Part shown: piece by piece, positions 61,570 through 64,000 of the stretch
How positions within the stretch are numbered: the stretch's first letter is position 1
Layout: each line of letters opens with the position of its first letter
Assembly (NCBI GenBank): GCA_021787205.1
Contig: JAJYME010000006.1
Coordinates: forward strand, 15,644-79,643
Source: a bacterium
GTDB lineage: Bacteria > Patescibacteriota > Minisyncoccia > UBA6257 > Colwellbacteraceae
DNA: 64,000 bases
Reading direction: 5' to 3'
The notes under the pieces: generated by a model
Seen by the model: only the letters and a program-made list of their open reading frames with translations
Told to the model about the DNA's origin: nothing
The model's database searches: none
Translations under genes and position numbers: made by a program

Positions 61570-62496
61570 TCAGAACCCGTTCCTCCTGGCAACTCCCTCC
61601 GCTTCCTCCGGGCCGAATAATTCCAGCTCTTTCTTAAAGAAGCCGCCGCAAGATTCATATTTGGAACAATCGAGGCACATCGGGATATAAGCCTTGTGAA
61701 CATCCTGATAAACATCGCCCTCCTTCTTATACTTTCCGTCCACTCCTTTCACGTTCCATAACTCCATTTTTGATTTGGTGTCAAAGAAAAATACATGCTT
61801 AGGAAGCTCTTGGGGCAGATAACATCGGGGAAAATTAAAAATGCTGACATTAGCAACCCCCATAAATACAGGAACGGTCTCGAGAAGCGATTGCTCTTTT
61901 TCCCTTGGAGAAACACAAAGCTCCTCATAAATATCCTTAGCCCTTCCATCGGGAATCAGATCGGAAATGGCCCAAAAGGAAACTCTGATATCAAGAAGCA
62001 GCTCCCCTATCTTATGAAATGTCTGGTGATTGAACCGGTTCATGACCGAAGCAACCGAGACCGTCGCTCCCGTCGCTAACAAGTTCTTTATGCCTTGGAC
62101 GCCCTCCTCAAAAGATCCTTTCGCATCGGTCATTTTCTCGTGCGTTTCAGCATCATGCCCGTGGACGGCGATTGTCGCATAGTTCAACCCGGCGCCAACC
62201 AAGGCATCGGAATATTCCTTGTTCGCCAACCTCCTGCCGTTAGTGCTGATCCCTATCTGTTTGTAGCCGCACTCCTTGGCAAACTTTATCAAATCAATCA
62301 CCCCCTCTCTCACCGTCGGTTCGCCTCCGGTAAACTCGATATGGCGGTGATCAGGAGCGTTTTTCCTGATTTGTTCCTTCGCCTCTTCAAAAGTCAGCTC
62401 CTCCGCCCTGTCCGCACCCGAATGAACACTGCACATAACGCAGCGGTTGTTGCACTTGTTTGCCCACCTTATGATCGTGACTGCATTCTCATTCAT
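61570..62496 (-). CDS. Radical SAM protein with C-terminal Cys cluster
   Basis: CNNRCVMC, TGGEPT, TNG, C-terminal CLDCSKYESCGG. Confidence 0.9.
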   Translation of the reverse strand: MNENAVTIIRWANKCNNRCVMCSVHSGADRAEELTFEEAKEQIRKNAPDHRHIEFTGGEPTVREGVIDLIKFAKECGYKQIGISTNGRRLANKEYSDALVGAGLNYATIAVHGHDAETHEKMTDAKGSFEEGVQGIKNLLATGATVSVASVMNRFNHQTFHKIGELLLDIRVSFWAISDLIPDGRAKDIYEELCVSPREKEQSLLETVPVFMGVANVSIFNFPRCYLPQELPKHVFFFDTKSKMELWNVKGVDGKYKKEGDVYQDVHKAYIPMCLDCSKYESCGGFFKKELELFGPEEAEGVARRNGF

Positions 62497-62553
62497 ATTT
62501 ATAAAATTAGCATATTCTCATTGACCTGTCATTGATAAACTTACCGCTTCCTC

Positions 62554-63846
62554 TCAATTTGTAACTTCAATTATCCCGTTTACCATACCCATCCAGCACG
62601 AGAAGCGGTATCTTCCTGGCGTCGGAGCTACAAATTCCTTGATAACCGTCTTATTCAACGGTAGATCGACCTCGCCATTCCAAAGACTAGGCGAGATTAT
62701 GGCATTGGCGCATCCGGCGCCAAATTCGTTCGTTATCTCGAACCTGACTTTTGAGCCGGTCTTTACGGTCAGCTTGTTGGGCGAGAAACCGTATTCAGTT
62801 ACCCTCATCCTGATCGTCTCCTCCTCTCCAACCGGATTTTGGGCAAAGTCTCCCGCCTTTGCTTTCCTTATTAAAAGGTCAGCCTGAGAATAAATATTCC
62901 AAACTGAAAAAGCGATAATCAAAACGGCAACCGCCTTTGAGATAATTCCAAGCAACTTTCCGGTTCCGCTTATCTTTTGTCCGAATATAGAAATCAGGAA
63001 AAGCGGTATCAAGGTTCCTAAAGCGAAAAAGGTCATTATAAGGAGCCCCTTTATCGGGCTTCCTGATCGCAAAGCAAACATCTGAGCGGCAAAGGTAAAT
63101 CCGCAAGGAACGAAGAAGCTGAAAGCCCCGATTGCCGCCGGCTCGAAACGGCTTATTTTGCCATCCTCAACCAAGGAGAATTTATTCCTGAACAGTCTTA
63201 TCCCCGGGAAAGGGATATTCACCCCCAAGATATTCAGTCCAGATACAAGAATCATGATTGAGACAATGATCGTAAGATATGACGATATGGCTGGAATTCT
63301 GGAAACATAACCCCCAAGAACTCCTAAGACTCCACCGCCGACCATAAAACCCAAGACCCTTCCCAAACTGAAATAGGCCGCGGGAACGGCGGCAGACTGG
63401 TCTTTAAAAATCCTGGCCCATCGGGCGGAAACTGAAATCAATAATCCTCCAACCAAAGCTGCGCAAGTCGAGAATCCGGCTAAAATCCCGAATCCGAAAA
63501 AAGACGCCAGGGAGCTGTCTGAGGTGACACTGGCGAAAGATTTAAGCTTTGGATAGGCTACTATCGCCGCGATTATTGTCGCCGCCATCAAGATATATAA
63601 AGCCGCTTTTCTTCCCATCTCCCCCTCCGCTGGCTTTTCTTCGGCAAAACGATATTCGACGTCCTCGAATATTTGGTTGAGAGCTTTTGAGTCTATCTCG
63701 CTGTCATTCTCCTCGATTGTCAGGATTTGGTCATCGAGAGAAACATTGGCTGACTCGACTCCCTTCATTTTCTTGACCCGTTCCTCGATCAGTATTCCGC
63801 AAGAGGAACAATGCATTCCCGAAACATAAAATATTTTTTTATTCAT
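62554..63846 (-). CDS. HMA + DsbD-like membrane + cupredoxin domain protein
   Basis: GMHCSSC; STC..GG and PCGFT membrane motifs; C-terminal FSCWMGM. Confidence 0.88.
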   Translation of the reverse strand: MNKKIFYVSGMHCSSCGILIEERVKKMKGVESANVSLDDQILTIEENDSEIDSKALNQIFEDVEYRFAEEKPAEGEMGRKAALYILMAATIIAAIVAYPKLKSFASVTSDSSLASFFGFGILAGFSTCAALVGGLLISVSARWARIFKDQSAAVPAAYFSLGRVLGFMVGGGVLGVLGGYVSRIPAISSYLTIIVSIMILVSGLNILGVNIPFPGIRLFRNKFSLVEDGKISRFEPAAIGAFSFFVPCGFTFAAQMFALRSGSPIKGLLIMTFFALGTLIPLFLISIFGQKISGTGKLLGIISKAVAVLIIAFSVWNIYSQADLLIRKAKAGDFAQNPVGEEETIRMRVTEYGFSPNKLTVKTGSKVRFEITNEFGAGCANAIISPSLWNGEVDLPLNKTVIKEFVAPTPGRYRFSCWMGMVNGIIEVTN

Positions 63847-63850
63847 CCGG

Positions 63851-64000
63851 CTATTTGGCCTCCTTGATTACCATTTGGGCGACTTTTATTATCTCTTCCG
63901 CCATCTCCTTTTGCCTCTTGACGTTCTTTGATTCCACCGCATCTTTGAAACAAGTATTCAAATGATTCTCCATCAACTGCCTATGGGCCGATCTCAAGAG
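63851..64000 (-). CDS. CsoR/RcnR-family metal-sensing repressor (3' part)
   Basis: Hand translation LLRSAHRQLMENHLNTCFKDAV..; HxxxC motif; upstream of copper protein. Confidence 0.8.
   Translation of the reverse strand, partial: LLRSAHRQLMENHLNTCFKDAVESKNVKRQKEMAEEIIKVAQMVIKEAK

Overview
A core-genome segment (genetic code 11; TGA used as stop), almost entirely on the minus strand. It looks like a Patescibacteria/CPR (Parcubacteria-like) bacterium: no uL30, truncated uL15, a Parcubacteria-type pilin, split ComEC, a T4CP-like ATPase pair, and A-rich 5' ends without Shine-Dalgarno motifs. Contents: tpiA (partial), the mreBCD-pbp2 cluster, proS-rseP-frr-holB, a second mreB, map-adk, a pilin, the str/S10/spc ribosomal cluster, rpmB, three tRNAs, ndk, aspS with a T-box, comEC, mnmA, efp, secDF, dnaJ/dnaK/grpE, cysS-dnaB-recR, rplU, mraZ-rsmH-ftsL-ftsI-murF, tgt, ppaC, rarA, a radical SAM gene and a copper module. 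No transposase, integrase or CRISPR array is visible. The most striking unexplained signal is non-coding: three dispersed 127-147 nt elements (8409-8555, 10699-10825, 45806-45935) share one multi-stem fold with extensive compensatory changes and conserved unpaired motifs, and each lies about 10 nt after a stop codon. A possibly related 111-nt structured insert sits in an att-like duplication of the tRNA-Pro 3' end. Also notable: a T-box with an ultra-short Stem I and Asn specifier, a 6S-like ncRNA candidate, ribosomal proteins remodelled at the tunnel exit, an internally deleted uL3, and three orphan-gene cassettes sharing one promoter/SD signature. All folds and alignments were done by eye; novelty has not been checked against any database.
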